A DNA stretch of 64,000 nucleotides from Xylographa opegraphella (taxonomy: Eukaryota): positions 372,001-436,000 of the forward strand of contig JALDZX010000013.1 of assembly GCA_022813865.1 (NCBI GenBank), written 5' to 3'. Positions within the stretch are counted from its first letter, which is position 1. Each line of letters begins with the position of its first letter. The notes under the pieces were generated by a model, which saw only the letters and a program-made list of their open reading frames with translations, did not search any database and was not told the origin of the DNA. The translations under genes were made by a program, and so were the position numbers. Below, piece after piece: positions 1 through 12,414 of this stretch.

Positions 1-1846
1 CGCTCCGTCGCCTAATTGAACCCAACCCCAGGCCCCCATTGTTGAGATCAGTAGAAGTCCCTTCCTGTGGCCTTGATAGCAATTGTCCACTCCCACCGGA
101 GCTCTGTGATCCGAGCGCACGTTGTTCGTTCCGCTGGCGCTGAGCAGTCAAAATCGATTGCACTTGGGTTTTCAAGGCGGCAATCGTAGCATTCAGACGA
201 CTCATCTCCTCTGCGTGACGCATGTTGTCATTGATGCTTATGTTACTGGCCCTGGCGTCGACTTCGGAAATGGCAGTTCTTACACGAGCGACATCTTCGC
301 GTAACGACTGGTAAAGTGCGAGAAGCTGAGTTACGGATTCGTAGCTCGATAGTTCGGAAAGAAATTGATTGGAGTGCGACAAACCATGGTAAGGAGGAAC
401 TCCTGGCATTGGCGATGGCGCGCGTTGAGCAAGAACTTCCTCCACATTCGCCATGAACTCTTTGTAGATATTATTCTGGCGCAGCATGCGTTTGAGCACA
501 GACTCGTCGCGTTCGAGACGTGTCTGCTGAGCTCCAAGGTAGGGGCGAAGCATGAAAAGAGGACAGACTGCAGTGTGATTGTGGACTGCCTTACGTTTTG
601 ACGAAAAGGTGCAACCGTAGCTAGCGGCACCGCACTGAACAATCACTTCCCGGCAGATGCTCTTGTGCTCCTCCGCCTGATCCATGTGCATCTCCTGCTT
701 GCATTCGCGACATTTCCCAATTTTGTTCACGCAGCGTGTCTTTATATGCTCTTCGAGATCGAGCTCTGGCATAACCTTTGGGCAATACTTACAGGTGACT
801 GATCTATGCTGGCAATGGTTAACTATCATTTGGCGCCGCTGCAGAACCTGGCGACAGCTAGTGTCCGGGCATGGGACGTCCGAAAAGCCACAATGCCGAT
901 TGACGTGATCCTCAACATTGGACCTCGCCAAAGTCGCCAGACATCCTCTGCTCTTCGATACACATCTTACAACCAATTCATCTAACATCCGGTCAACGAG
1001 CTTGTTGACAGGACCAAGGTTGTCCCACTGGAATCGGCTTCGACAACTGGGGCAAGACTTCTCAGCACGTTGATGAGCTATCGCTAATCGTAGACAGTTC
1101 GCACAGAAGGCATGACCACAAGCGGTCTCGACAGGTACAATCATAACACATCGACAGATCGGGCACACAAGATTTTGGTCGACTTGATTGACATATTCCA
1201 GCTCTCTGAAGTCCACGGAATTCATAGCAGAAATGATCTCTATGGATGGAGAGCGAAATCCTGGAAGCCTTTCGTCGGATGGGGACGTATTGGCCGTGTT
1301 ATCACGAGACAGACGTCGAAAGACAGTACTGAAAGAGAATCTGTCCGTCTGGATTGGTGGCAGTGGCGTGGGAGACTCCAAGGCTGCCCTTGAAGAAGAG
1401 TAAATTGAGAATGATCGTAAGGGAAACCGACCCCGAGCTTCAGAACGGCCCGAACCAGCATTGAGAAGAGCCGAAGTAGCGTTGTGTGAGCCCGAACCAG
1501 CAGTAAAAACCGGAGACTGGGTGGTATCGGAAGACAGATCGCTGGTACCGTTGTTGAGACCCTGGTTATCGGAGAGATCTGTGGCACCAACAGGATGGCC
1601 ATCAACTTGGGCTTGTCCATCGGAGGAACTGTGATCGGGCATGGATTCCAAGTCGCGTCCTGAGTCTGCGGGTCGTATGGGCAAGGGATTGGCCGATGCT
1701 CGACGATTGCTGATACCGCGACGGTTGCTCTCAAAGCGAACATCAATGCCTACTGAATTCCTAGCAGCTCTTGAACTGGTATCCACCTGGGGGTTTCGAG
1801 AACGTCCCGGCATCGTTCCAAGGGGCCACCAATCCGACCTGTTCAT
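1..1846 (-). CDS. RING finger / TRAF-type zinc finger protein (3' end runs off the window)
   Basis: Open frame from ATG 1846 to the window edge, missing from the ORF track because it has no stop. It reads CPICRCVMIVPVETACGHAFCANC...CPSC (C3HC4 RING), followed by Cys/His TRAF-like zinc fingers and a coiled coil. Confidence 0.85.
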   Translation of the reverse strand, partial: MNRSDWWPLGTMPGRSRNPQVDTSSRAARNSVGIDVRFESNRRGISNRRASANPLPIRPADSGRDLESMPDHSSSDGQAQVDGHPVGATDLSDNQGLNNGTSDLSSDTTQSPVFTAGSGSHNATSALLNAGSGRSEARGRFPLRSFSIYSSSRAALESPTPLPPIQTDRFSFSTVFRRLSRDNTANTSPSDERLPGFRSPSIEIISAMNSVDFRELEYVNQVDQNLVCPICRCVMIVPVETACGHAFCANCLRLAIAHQRAEKSCPSCRSRFQWDNLGPVNKLVDRMLDELVVRCVSKSRGCLATLARSNVEDHVNRHCGFSDVPCPDTSCRQVLQRRQMIVNHCQHRSVTCKYCPKVMPELDLEEHIKTRCVNKIGKCRECKQEMHMDQAEEHKSICREVIVQCGAASYGCTFSSKRKAVHNHTAVCPLFMLRPYLGAQQTRLERDESVLKRMLRQNNIYKEFMANVEEVLAQRAPSPMPGVPPYHGLSHSNQFLSELSSYESVTQLLALYQSLREDVARVRTAISEVDARASNISINDNMRHAEEMSRLNATIAALKTQVQSILTAQRQRNEQRALGSQSSGGSGQLLSRPQEGTSTDLNNGGLGLGSIRRRS

Positions 1847-2165
1847 TCTGGCTGGTTGGAGGGAAGGATCTTCTAATGGAAAGTTGGGATAAGAAGCATG
1901 ATTTGGCAGAAGGTGTTGAGTGATCGTGTGCGAATGAGAAGAGACCTCGAAAGATGGATTTAAAGGTCGACGGGCGCTATTATAGCGTTGCAGTAGCGTG
2001 TAGATCAGCACGCCTTGTGGGGCGTGGCGCACGGAGGCCAGATGTCATGGAGCAGCGAATCAACGACGACACAAGAGATCCTTGTGCTAAAAGGACGGCA
2101 AGTCGACAACCGTGTGCTTTCTACCAATCAGCAAGCACTGGGCACTGCTGGTCAGGACACCAGAC

Positions 2166-3011
2166 ATGGCCAACCCATCCCAACTCTATCTTCTGGCAGA
2201 TCACATTAAGCTCTCCCTACTCGAGCGTCAGAGGGCTATTTCCCTCGGCCTTGAACCGTCGACTCAAGATGCTAATATCTCCCGTTCCCTCGAGTCCATG
2301 CGGGAAGGGATAGAAGCAGCCGAGGCCGAAGCCAGTAGACTAGAAGCAAAGGGGGATGAGTACATACCCTCTCCCACGTCCATTAAGAAGCGCGTTGACA
2401 CGGAGATAAGAGCCTCGAGCAATCTCTTGGATCAAGCCGCACGCCTTCGGACTCAGTACAATGATTTGATGTCCCAATTCCGCGGCTTCGCGATTCCCTC
2501 CACCTCCACCTCCACTATTACACAGCCAAACACACCCGCTCTGCAATCCGACTTCGCCTCCGCCCAAGATACTCGAACCCGCAATCTATCCAAATCTGTC
2601 CGCTTCACCGACAATCTGGCTTCTGACGCTCAAGAAGATGCCAATCGAGCGGCACTATTTCCCTACAAGGACGATCCGGATGACGGGCTTCCAGATCAGA
2701 GCAACCTCGATAACCAGCAAATCCATGAGTATCACAAAAATGTGATCCGGGATCAAGATGAGCAGCTAGATCGCTTGGGGCATAGTATCAGCCGGCAAAG
2801 AGATTTGAGCATCCAAATCGGAGACGAGCTCGACGAGCATGTACAGATGTTGGATGATGTGGAGGAGCATGTAGATCGACATCAGGGGAGACTGGACGGG
2901 GCACGCCGGAGCTTAGGGAAGGTGGCAAGGAAGGCGAATGACAATAAGCAAATAACTGCAATAGTCATCCTGATTATTGTGCTGGTTTTATTGATTATTG
3001 TTTTGAAGTGA
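2166..3011 (+). CDS. SYN8: Syntaxin-8-like Qc-SNARE
   Basis: MANPSQLYLLADHIKLSLLERQRA N-terminus, SNARE motif QDEQLDRLGHSISRQRDLSIQIGDELDEH and C-terminal TM helix. Likely 51-nt intron at 2360-2410. Confidence 0.85.
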   Translation: MANPSQLYLLADHIKLSLLERQRAISLGLEPSTQDANISRSLESMREGIEAAEAEASRLEAKGDEYIPSPTSIKKRVDTEIRASSNLLDQAARLRTQYNDLMSQFRGFAIPSTSTSTITQPNTPALQSDFASAQDTRTRNLSKSVRFTDNLASDAQEDANRAALFPYKDDPDDGLPDQSNLDNQQIHEYHKNVIRDQDEQLDRLGHSISRQRDLSIQIGDELDEHVQMLDDVEEHVDRHQGRLDGARRSLGKVARKANDNKQITAIVILIIVLVLLIIVLK

Positions 3012-3528
3012 TAGTGGAGGAGAGATAGTACGGCGTTCAGGGTCCTGGGAGGTTGCATTTGTGGTACCAGACTCGCTGTCTGGGAATGGATGAGATATAT
3101 TATATAGCCTGAGGGACTCTCTGGGCGCTTATATGCCAGCGGTCTGGACAAAGTGGACTGTACAAATCGGAGCGAGGTCATTGAGAAGCATCTGAGCGGT
3201 TCTTCTTGAACAAGTCAGGACCTCATTTTGGAGACATGGTCATACTTGGCATATACAGAATATATATGGAGCTGTGGTAGAACAAAGACTGAAAACACAT
3301 GCATCTAAGTCGATTACAAATTATCACATTTACATAATTCTGATTGTCGTGTAATAGATCCATGTATACTATGTTACATGCAACCACATAGCTACGAGCA
3401 CTGAAGAGTGATCACTCAAATGCGAGACAACTTGTCCCATTCGCCATTTCTTTGCACAGCATCATACAAACTTCCCATCATAAGCCCCCACCGGTGGCGA
3501 TCAGCATCTACCATAGGAATTCCACAGA

Positions 3529-4158
3529 TTACTTCGCCTTCTCATGGGTCTTCTGAGCGTATTGCTCCGTTTCCTTCTGTAACTTGCTGATATTTTCCTC
3601 ACTGGCGTCTATTTCTTCCCGATCTGCCTTGATCTGTGGGATCGTAAGATCAAAACGTCAGTGAGACTTGGAGCAGTGGCACATGCTTCTTTTCACTACC
3701 ACGAATACAATGTTCCTCGACATCTTGCTGTCCTCGTCCAGCATATCGACTCCTCACGATGGAAGGTAGAGCAATGGGAACAGCGCTAGGGGTTTGGTGG
3801 ACGTACAGCAGCCTCGCTCTGACTCGCCAACTCTCCTTTCCAATGGCCCTTGCCGTCCTTCTGTTTCTGCAACTGGTCGTTCTTGTGGTGGTCTATCTCG
3901 TCGTGGAGATTATCGCGGTCTTCACATCTCATTGGCAGTTAGCAATGTTTCTAAGCAATTCCGGCGTGCTAGAATGCTGTTTTGGAAAAGTTCGTCCATT
4001 ACACTGATGAGATATGAAGAAACTATAGAATACTGACCGCGATCCGTCTCGTTCAACGCCGCCCTGAAGCTCGTTGCATGGAGACCTCTGGCGCGAATGG
4101 CTGGAGGGACTCGGAGCGCCGATATAGGCCGGAACGGAGCGCGGGTAAGGAATGACAT
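3529..4158 (-). CDS. Small conserved fungal protein with mitochondrial-type presequence (3 exons)
   Basis: Arg/Ala/Ser-rich N-terminus MSFLTRAPFRPISALR. Spliced exons read DRDNLHDEIDHHKNDQLQKQKDGKGHWKGELASQSEAA and IKADREEIDASEENISKLQKETE...K*. Both introns are GT..AG with branch sites. Confidence 0.7.
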
Positions 4159-5098
4159 GGTAGGATGTCGAGAGGTAGGTCTACACAGATACTGAATCTG
4201 GGTCGTAACAAAACGTGTAGTTAACTCTGGAATACTGAATCAATTCGTTCTAGATTTGCCCGGACTTCATGCGGAGACTGTCGGGGTTTTCGGAGTACCT
4301 AACTTGTAGCCGACGTCATGCGGTCGACGAGTTAAGGTTCGGTTGAAAGATATTCCTTCCGTATGTCCAATGTCAACAGAAGGACAGATCGAACTTCAGG
4401 GCGATCTCTCAGCAAATCGATATCGCTTCTACTATAACCTGCTTACGCTTTCGATGTTGGGTAAGGTAGAGAGATGTTGACCGCCTGTTGAATGATCCAA
4501 TTTACAGACCCACGTAAACCTAATCTTAAACCGTGCGCCCAATATAATGATACGAGATTAATGTTCCAAGTTCAAGAAATTGAATTCACCATTTCTTCTG
4601 CTCTTGGTGGATCGATCCCTACCTTGTGAGATATTCTTAAAAAGGCCTAATGCCCCATACGTCGATCATCTCATCATTCACCAAATTAATGTATAATCCG
4701 TTGGCTTGACGCACGCCGTTCAACACTGCATCCATATCAACGCTGGCTGACACTCACGATTCACATTCTCTCAAGCGATAACTAGCCAACGCTTATGCTA
4801 CAGTAAGCTATGCAAGAGTAAAGCGTCTATCGGGGCCACGAGTCATTAGATCGTGGTTGAAATGGTATCCATAGATAGCTAAGCATGTGTTCCACATATC
4901 AACAAGAATTAGACGTGTCTCATGCTCTATCGTAAACATCCGACCATCTATTACAATAAATCTTGACCCCAGAAAGCGTTTGATACCTGCCACCACCTTT
5001 TCCCAGCCTCCTTCGATCCCTTTTTTCCGTTTGCCTCTTTTACCTATCCGACCATTGCCGGACGCAAATATGCACCAAAGACATACCTACCGTGCACT

Positions 5099-8000
5099 CT
5101 ATCCACCGCTTCCCCACCCTCCACCCCACACCTCGCTCAGCCACCCTTCCGACCCTGGTGCGCCATATCCCACCATCGGCGCGTTGAAGTGCGCCCACTC
5201 CTCGCAACTACGGCCGTCCACGAAGGCGGCGACATCGTCGCCGCCGAGCGGCTTTTTCAAACTGCTGAGCCAATTGTCTTGCATCTCTTGATTCCAGAAG
5301 CGACTCGTGCCCTGATGGGCGGGTGGGGCCGTGCTGTCGCCCGGGTTGTAGACAAGCGGCGGGTGCAGGGACGGTGGTTGCGGTTGCGGCTGAAAAGGTG
5401 AGGACCCGTACGGCGACGGGAGAGCGTACGAAGATTGAGGATGCATCGGGTAGACCGAGGCGTGGGCGGAGTAGAGGAGCTGGGGCTGAGGGTGGGACGG
5501 TGCCGGCTGCTGCTGGGACTGGTGTTGAGGAAGTTGCTGAGGCGTGACCGGGGAATATTCTGTACGCTGGTAGGGTGATGGCGGCGGTAGCGACTGCGTT
5601 GGTGTGGGATTTGGTTCCGAGGATACAACGGAGGAGGGATTGGTCGATAGCACATGTCGGGGCCGCGCGAGATGTGGCGATTGGGATACGCCATGATGTG
5701 AGTATGTAGATTGAGAGTCCCCCCGACTAGGGAAGTGCTCAGAGGGTGGAGTCCGAGTGCTAGCGTTTTCATGCTGCTCGTCGCTATTCATGATGCTATT
5801 GATGGCAGTCCAGTTTTCCGACGCACGGTGTTCCAGCTTTGGCAAGTTGTCTTTACCATTAGAGCCATTGAAAGACATGCGCTGAGCGCGCTTGTCCCGA
5901 TCACTGGCAAGGATCTCGACGTCTTCGTCCTCGATGCTACCAAATTCTTTCAGTGTCTTCTCCAGGAACTTATAGCTCTCGCCTCCACCACCATTACCGC
6001 CTTCTCGCAGGCTTAACTGTCGGAGCAGCACATGCCCACCGTCGACATTCAATGCCAATGACTCTCGCAAGGCGAGGGTATTGACCCTGTAATCCCCTAT
6101 AATTTTCTCGTAGTATCTGTGCACGCGGTGAATGGTTCGAAACCAGTTCGTAGCCATAGGAAGGCGCGATCGCATCTGACCAATCATTTCGAGAGCTTTT
6201 CGCGCGGCTTGATGGCCACCAGCCATATCTTCCGGCTCCCCTCCTCTTCGACACATGTAGCCATCTGGGTCCATGTGCGGAAAATTGATCGCGTAGACAC
6301 CGATAAAGGCTACATTGTATAGCCCGAAGCCAAGGATAGGTGTCTCGACCAATAAGTCGCGGGACTGGCAGGCTTGGACTAGATCCATCATATCTCGTCC
6401 AGCTTTGAACAGCTTCCGCGCGCTGTCTTCCCAAAACCCTATAGGCACGTCCTTCTGTTCCGGTGGCGCAGGGTCGTCGAGAGGTCCTTCTGGCTTGTCG
6501 CAGCGGATAGGTACAAATGGGACGTATTCTCGATGGAGGACGATTAGACAGAGGGAGTATAGTGTGTGTAGCAAAGTGAATGGTGAGGAGCTCCGTTGGG
6601 TCAAATGAGCCTGCATGTTGGTGGGCGTTAACTTCAGAGGCCGTGGTATGTTCTCGCTGAATTTGCTTAGCGATTCACGTAGTTGGTAGAATTTTGATGC
6701 TGGGTTCCAAGGAGCATATTTCTCGGTTCTGAAGATTAGCATCTATTGACAGTTCCTTCAAGGCTATGACGAACCTTCTTCCCCCGGCGCACGACCACTT
6801 TGCGATCTTACCCCAAATCTCTACCATTCGGACGAACTTGCTCAGAAGACCTTCATTTGCACCAGTCTCACAACGTATAGAGATACCTTCTTTTTCATTT
6901 GGTCTATCGTGAGACTCTTTTTCGTCTTCTCCTGCTTGCGAAGATGACCGACCCGGATCCCAAGCTCCATTTCTACTCTTCACGATCACGGAGACGTGAG
7001 CCTTTTTCCTTATCCGATTACTAGCATCACTGCACTTCCCAGTAATCATGTTGGTACACACGCGTTCTCCAAATATGAAAGCATGTTCACTACTGGGTAG
7101 CTGCAGCTTCACATCTTCCACCGCAAGCATGGCAGGTCGGAATTTTCCGCTGCTGAGGTAGCGATCGAGCACGAAACAACTCCAAAAAGTCCTCCGACGA
7201 ACCTCTTCGTCGATGAAAGCCTCACTTGAGGCTGGATCAAGTGGATACTCTTTCCCGGAGCCAACGCCTAAGTGCTGTGCCTCGATTCTCATGGAAGACG
7301 AAAGTGCCCATGGTTCATCGTCAAGGTCATCATCGAATTGAAGGCCCATCGCTTGGGACATTCGTATAGCCAGCCCAACGTGAATCCATGCCTTGATTCC
7401 TTTGCACATTCCCCACTCATGCAGCCCAAGCATAAGTAACGCTTGTATCTTCTCCAGGTTCGGCTGTCCAATATAGACTCCTTTCACACCTACCACCAAG
7501 CCCCGCAGAGCGGTCGCGTAGTATTCGGAAGCAGCAACAGGGTCTGTAGCTTTTTCCTGTGACGCATTCGCGTGATAGGCGATCAGACCGGGATGAAATC
7601 GAGCAGTCAGGGCCAGCAAGCCGAGAAGCAGCATCTCGTACCCGGGTAGCTTCTCTGATTCCTCGGGTTCTGGTGTCGATTTGGTGACGATGGTGGAGGT
7701 TCGCGCAGCGGCACCACATAACGGGCCCAGGAATGTCGGCCCATGAAGAAATGGCAAATCTGTGGCGAAATGAAGCTGAAACAAATCGAATACTTCTTGC
7801 CAGACTTTGGGAGTCAACACACTGGCATCCAGTGCTTCTTCTAAAGGCCTGGTACTCTCCTTCTGTGCTGAAGTCCCACTGTTTGATGTTCGCTCGGCTG
7901 CGAGGCCTTCGCTCTTTCGCGCCCGTGACCTCTTCACTTCACTCTTCTCAACCGGATCCCCCTCTCTTTTCGTGGCACTACCTGCTCCCACCACTGGCGC

Positions 8001-8150
8001 AGGGTAGACGCACTCTCTCCCACTCGTCTCGCAAGCTTTGCAGATGGTGTTTGCCCCGGTATTGACACATTTGATCTTGCTGCGCCTGCATCGCGCACAT
8101 GCAATACTCGAGCGCATGCGCGGAGTCGGCGCCGGCGGAGATGTTTCCAT
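5099..8150 (-). CDS. Zn(II)2Cys6 fungal transcription factor with middle homology region
   Basis: CARCRRSKIKC...CKACETSGRECVY binuclear cluster and RRRTFWSCFVLDRYLS MHR motif. One intron near 6730-6775 joins the two ORFs. Confidence 0.92.
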
Positions 8151-8634
8151 TGGGAATGGGAGCGATTGTGGATGTACAGCGGTGTTGAACCTGATTTATT
8201 TGCCACTACGGCTATGCCTGAGATTTCTGTTATTGTTTTCTCCAGTCGATATCCCTAAGAAGGTTCAAAATACAATAGCGACACCCAGATCTGGCTAACC
8301 AGGAGCTGTGTCTCCATTCTAAACTTTGCGGGAAACTGCAAAGGCACCTTTACGTAGCTCGAGATTTCTCGATAGCGATAGCGCATCCAATTAACGGTGC
8401 TTCATAGGTATATGGAAGGTAGAGATACGAAAGAACTCCGCGTCACCGAGCTGCAGAGTTGCGAAGAACAGGATCCCGATTTCCGGGGCAGTTCTTCGGA
8501 ATGTCGGCCACCGCACTAGCTACCCTGGTGGGGCTCTGGCCGAAATGGAGGCACCGAGCCGGGTGGCTTCCGCTAGTCCTATTCAAGCAAGCCTGGGGTA
8601 TCTAGACTAAGGTAAGGTACGAAATACTTCTCTA

Positions 8635-8658
8635 AGGTACCTTACCCGTAAGGTACCT
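8635..8658. promoter_or_regulatory. Palindrome AGGTACCTTAC-CC-GTAAGGTACCT in a TAAGG-rich patch upstream of the Zn2Cys6 gene
   Basis: Perfect 11-bp inverted repeat seen directly. Related patches occur at 24.2-24.4 kb and 46.07-46.14 kb. Function is inferred only. Confidence 0.35.
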
Positions 8659-9215
8659 ACTTTAGTCGCGACTCGCACATGCCATCGAGACATGCTATGC
8701 CAGAAATTGGCACAGCGAGCATTGCGTCAGTCCTAGCACCGGAGTTACTATGTGTGCGTAATCGGAAAGAGCTCTGTGGTCTAGAACACTTATTATTTAT
8801 CAAAGTCATCAGTCGTGAACTACTTACGATGCCGGACTATCATCAAGGATGGCAGAGCTTGAGATGTAAGTGGGACAACGTTTCGAAATACTATGAAAAT
8901 GCTACACCGGACTCTCCCAGATATGAGAAGTCTCTGTTGTGGACCATTCCGGACATCAAGCGGTTCTACCGCGCCCTCTAGGGACTTCATGCAAAGTGGA
9001 GTACAGTATTAGCCTCCAGATATGTCATAGAATACGCCGAATTTTCCGTCCAAGCAGGAACTTATCCAAACATGGTATCCCGATGCCAGAAACTGATTAT
9101 AGAAACCCCACTTTACCCCTGACACGTGAAAAGACGCCTTTGTCTAGCCGGTTGAAATGTCATCGCGATGCTGATAATGCAATCCAAGAAGGCAAACAAG
9201 TCAAGTGAGCATTGC

Positions 9216-10269
9216 TCAGGTGGTACAGTCCTTGAGCATCAACGTTTCAATCGTGACAGGTGAGCATTGAGGTGCCCAATTCTCATTGTAGAGGTTGTAA
9301 AAGGAGCCGCTGAGACACTGGTAGAAGACATTTGAGCCACCAAGTGCCAGCGACCCATTGGCACAAACCGAGAATCCCGCGGTATAGATCGCGCCGGATT
9401 GGGGTGGGTCATCGAACTGGAACTGGAAGTTCGAGGCAATGTATCCAGTCCGCCCATGAGAGTCTTTGAGAATTCCATTTGCGAGAGTGAGCTCCAGGGT
9501 CCCATTGGTAGCACAGGCGACGATCTGTTGACCTCCAACTGTCGGCATCATTGACATGGCTGGAGCCATCATGGTAGTTGCACCCGTGGCCGGCGCCTTT
9601 GAGGTGATTGACGAGATCATAGCAGTCCCGCTAGGTTTGACAGTACTTAAAGGTACTTGTGGTTGTCCGTCAGATAGAACGGTGACAGGTGCTGCCGTCA
9701 TCGGAACGGCCAAGGACTTGACCATGGTAGCCATCGAAATCATCGAGCTTTGGGTCGTAATGACCGGTTTGAGAGTGGTCATTGGTATAGCTGTGCTCAT
9801 AGGAACTTGAGGTTGACCATCCGTGAATTCTGTAACCGCCAAAACTGTGGAAAGGACCTTCGTTGACATAATGGTTGCGACGGGCATGATCACAACGGTT
9901 TTGAAACCAGCTTGTATCTGACCATCCGTAATCATTGAGACCATACCAACAGTCATGGGCATAGTCATGGGTTTTGCGGTGGGAGCTTGGATCTGACCAC
10001 TAAAATTGTGTCAGTGCCCGCATTCTTCGACAGTAATGAATGATCAGGATCAGCCTTTACTCTGAGATTTGAGAAACCTGGCGCTTGGCTGCTGCAGTAG
10101 GCATGGAGACATTCTGGACGGCGATACCAAAGCTACCAGTGAAGGTTGGCATGCATCCAGCCGGAGCGGCGGCAGAGGGGGCGATCGAAGCAGTCACTGC
10201 TTGACGAGGTGCGATGGGCGAGGCATGTACGCCTGCTGCCAGAGCGAGGAGGGCAAATACACAATGCAT
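9216..10269 (-). CDS. PIR/CIS3-type covalently linked cell wall protein
   Basis: Signal peptide, Kex2-like KR site, and PIR repeats SQISDGQIQA (split by an intron), ITDGQIQA, FTDGQPQV and LSDGQPQV. C-terminal four-Cys domain with GRTGYIASNFQFQFDDPPQSGAIY. Confidence 0.9.
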
Positions 10270-11880
10270 TGTTATGTATATAGAGACCGTGTCAAGCGTA
10301 TATACAAGTGCGAGTGAATAGCACAGAACCCGTTCACTTCAAATGAATGGAAATGCTCTTAGGCAAACTAAGGGCCGGTTTATGGGATGGCGAGGGGAGA
10401 CACTGGGGGGACCGTCTTAGCATATGTAAGAAAGAATGCATGATGAGATGGCGTTGACCGCCACGCGTAAGAAGAATGGGATGGTTGGTTTGATAACCTT
10501 CCATTGTCCCGTGGGTGGGTGTTTGACTCTCCCAGATGTGGATCTGGCGTTGGTTGGAGCCGCCCAGATGGGCTGGGACGAGGCCATGAACGAACAGAAT
10601 CAGCATGAATGATGCTTGGGCCGTCCCACGGGGCTGCGAAGCTACCGTAGAAAAGACCGATCTTCAGACTGGCTGGCAAAGCATGGTGGGGTGGTTGGAA
10701 CGTGGTATTCGTGAGGTATTTCGATCATTCTCGGCCCACATTAGGTGAGGTATTTCATTGCCGTTGCACGCTAAATGCTGAAATTGGCTCGCATGAATCC
10801 ACCCTTGCAACCTCAGCCCCACCGCGAGGCTCCACCAAGCCATATCAGGCACTAGCGCAAAGCTAAAATCCAATGATTGGCTACGACTGAGATAGTAAGC
10901 GCGCTCAGATATTCCGGTTAAGCGCAAGCGCCTTACAGCCACCGAGCTGGAAGTTCGCATGATTCTGCTCACCAGGTACTGTGGTACTGTACTCGCCTGG
11001 GTGCCATGAGATGCATTCCGGCCCTGGCTCAAGCATGTTTCAACTTCGATGGCACTCTGAAGTTCACCTTCACAGTCCAGCTCCATGATTCGTGCCCTCC
11101 GTTACATCAGGATTGAGACCTCCAGTGTCACCGGTACGCAACAGATACTATGAATTGCAGCTGATAATCTTCTCGATACTCTCAGCCAATCAGCTTTATG
11201 ACATCTTCGCTTACGTGGTATCCCGCACTCTGATACATTGAGCTGCATGTTTGATCCTTGGCTGGCCTGATGCGAGCCTTTTGTCATGCACTCATAACAT
11301 ATCCTCGAATATTCCGGGTCCGGTGGTATTGGGAGCCCTCTACGAGCTCATCTGCCTTAATGATAATTTATTTATGTCTTAACACGGCTTCTAACGAGAT
11401 TACAGGCAGACCTTTGTGCTTGGCTCCGTTTTCTCGTTGTCTTCCTGTTCTCCAAATTCCGGAATACTCAGCAAGTGAGCAGCAAATTGTGGAGCTATCT
11501 TTAGGACACCCGGTGCATTAGCTCATACTGCGACTGTTACATGTTGACGGCCACCATAAGCGGATAGAGGTCTTGATTCTCCTCTACGACGGGACCAGGG
11601 GCACCCAAAACCCTTGGAGGCCACGAAATTTGCTCCATTTTCATTCTACACAAGTCTCCACCAGCTGTGGAGCAATGAATGTTCGCCAGCTCTACCACCT
11701 TACATACTGCTGGATCTGTAGACAAAGTGCATGTGAACACGTACAGAAGTGGCCTTCAAATTAATAGCGTAGTTCCTATTATGATGGAAATCGTTTTCAA
11801 CAACAGAGTTCTTCGTGAATCTTCGTGAATAGATTGATTCAGCCTTTGATAATCTGATTTACTGGTCCTTGGCAAGAGCA

Positions 11881-12296
11881 GTAAGGTTGACAAAATTAAA
11901 TATTGTCGCGAGATAATCAATGCCACAACTGTAGTATTTCAAGCTGAGTTTCCATTTGTTACAGCTCGCTATCTCACCAGAAAAGCAGGCCTAGTGTGAC
12001 GGCTATGACATCAGTCACAGGTAATAGGGGTCGGGCTGGATCAGGACTAGCACCTTTAGTATATAGTCTCGCCCATGGAGNNNNNNNNNNNNNNNNNNNN
12101 NNNTAATCTGGGTTGAAATCGTCCACCTAAAGCTTACGTTCTAGGCGTGCTTGTGTGGTGAGTTGATGAGCCGTAACAAGTTACAAAAATAAATATAGAT
12201 AAATTTAAGTACCAATCGATAGAAATCAATAATAAATAATACTAATAATATAATATTTTAAGCTGAGTTTCTATTTTACTACGAAAGCTACGTTAT
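11881..12296. repeat. Diverged direct repeats flanking an assembly gap; AT-rich, RIP-like repeat remnant
   Basis: TGTAGTATTTCAAGCTGAGTTTCCATTT (~11930) versus TATAATATTTTAAGCTGAGTTTCTATTT (~12249); the differences are transitions only. N gap at 12081-12103. Confidence 0.5.
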
Positions 12297-12414
12297 ATAG
12301 GCCGCTAATCTGACCACGTGATCCCTTATATAAGCCTAATTCCTACACAAACGTGATTTTTGTGAACTTCAAAAGCCCCGCTCGGCCAAACTCTCACCCA
12401 TCGCACAACAAACG

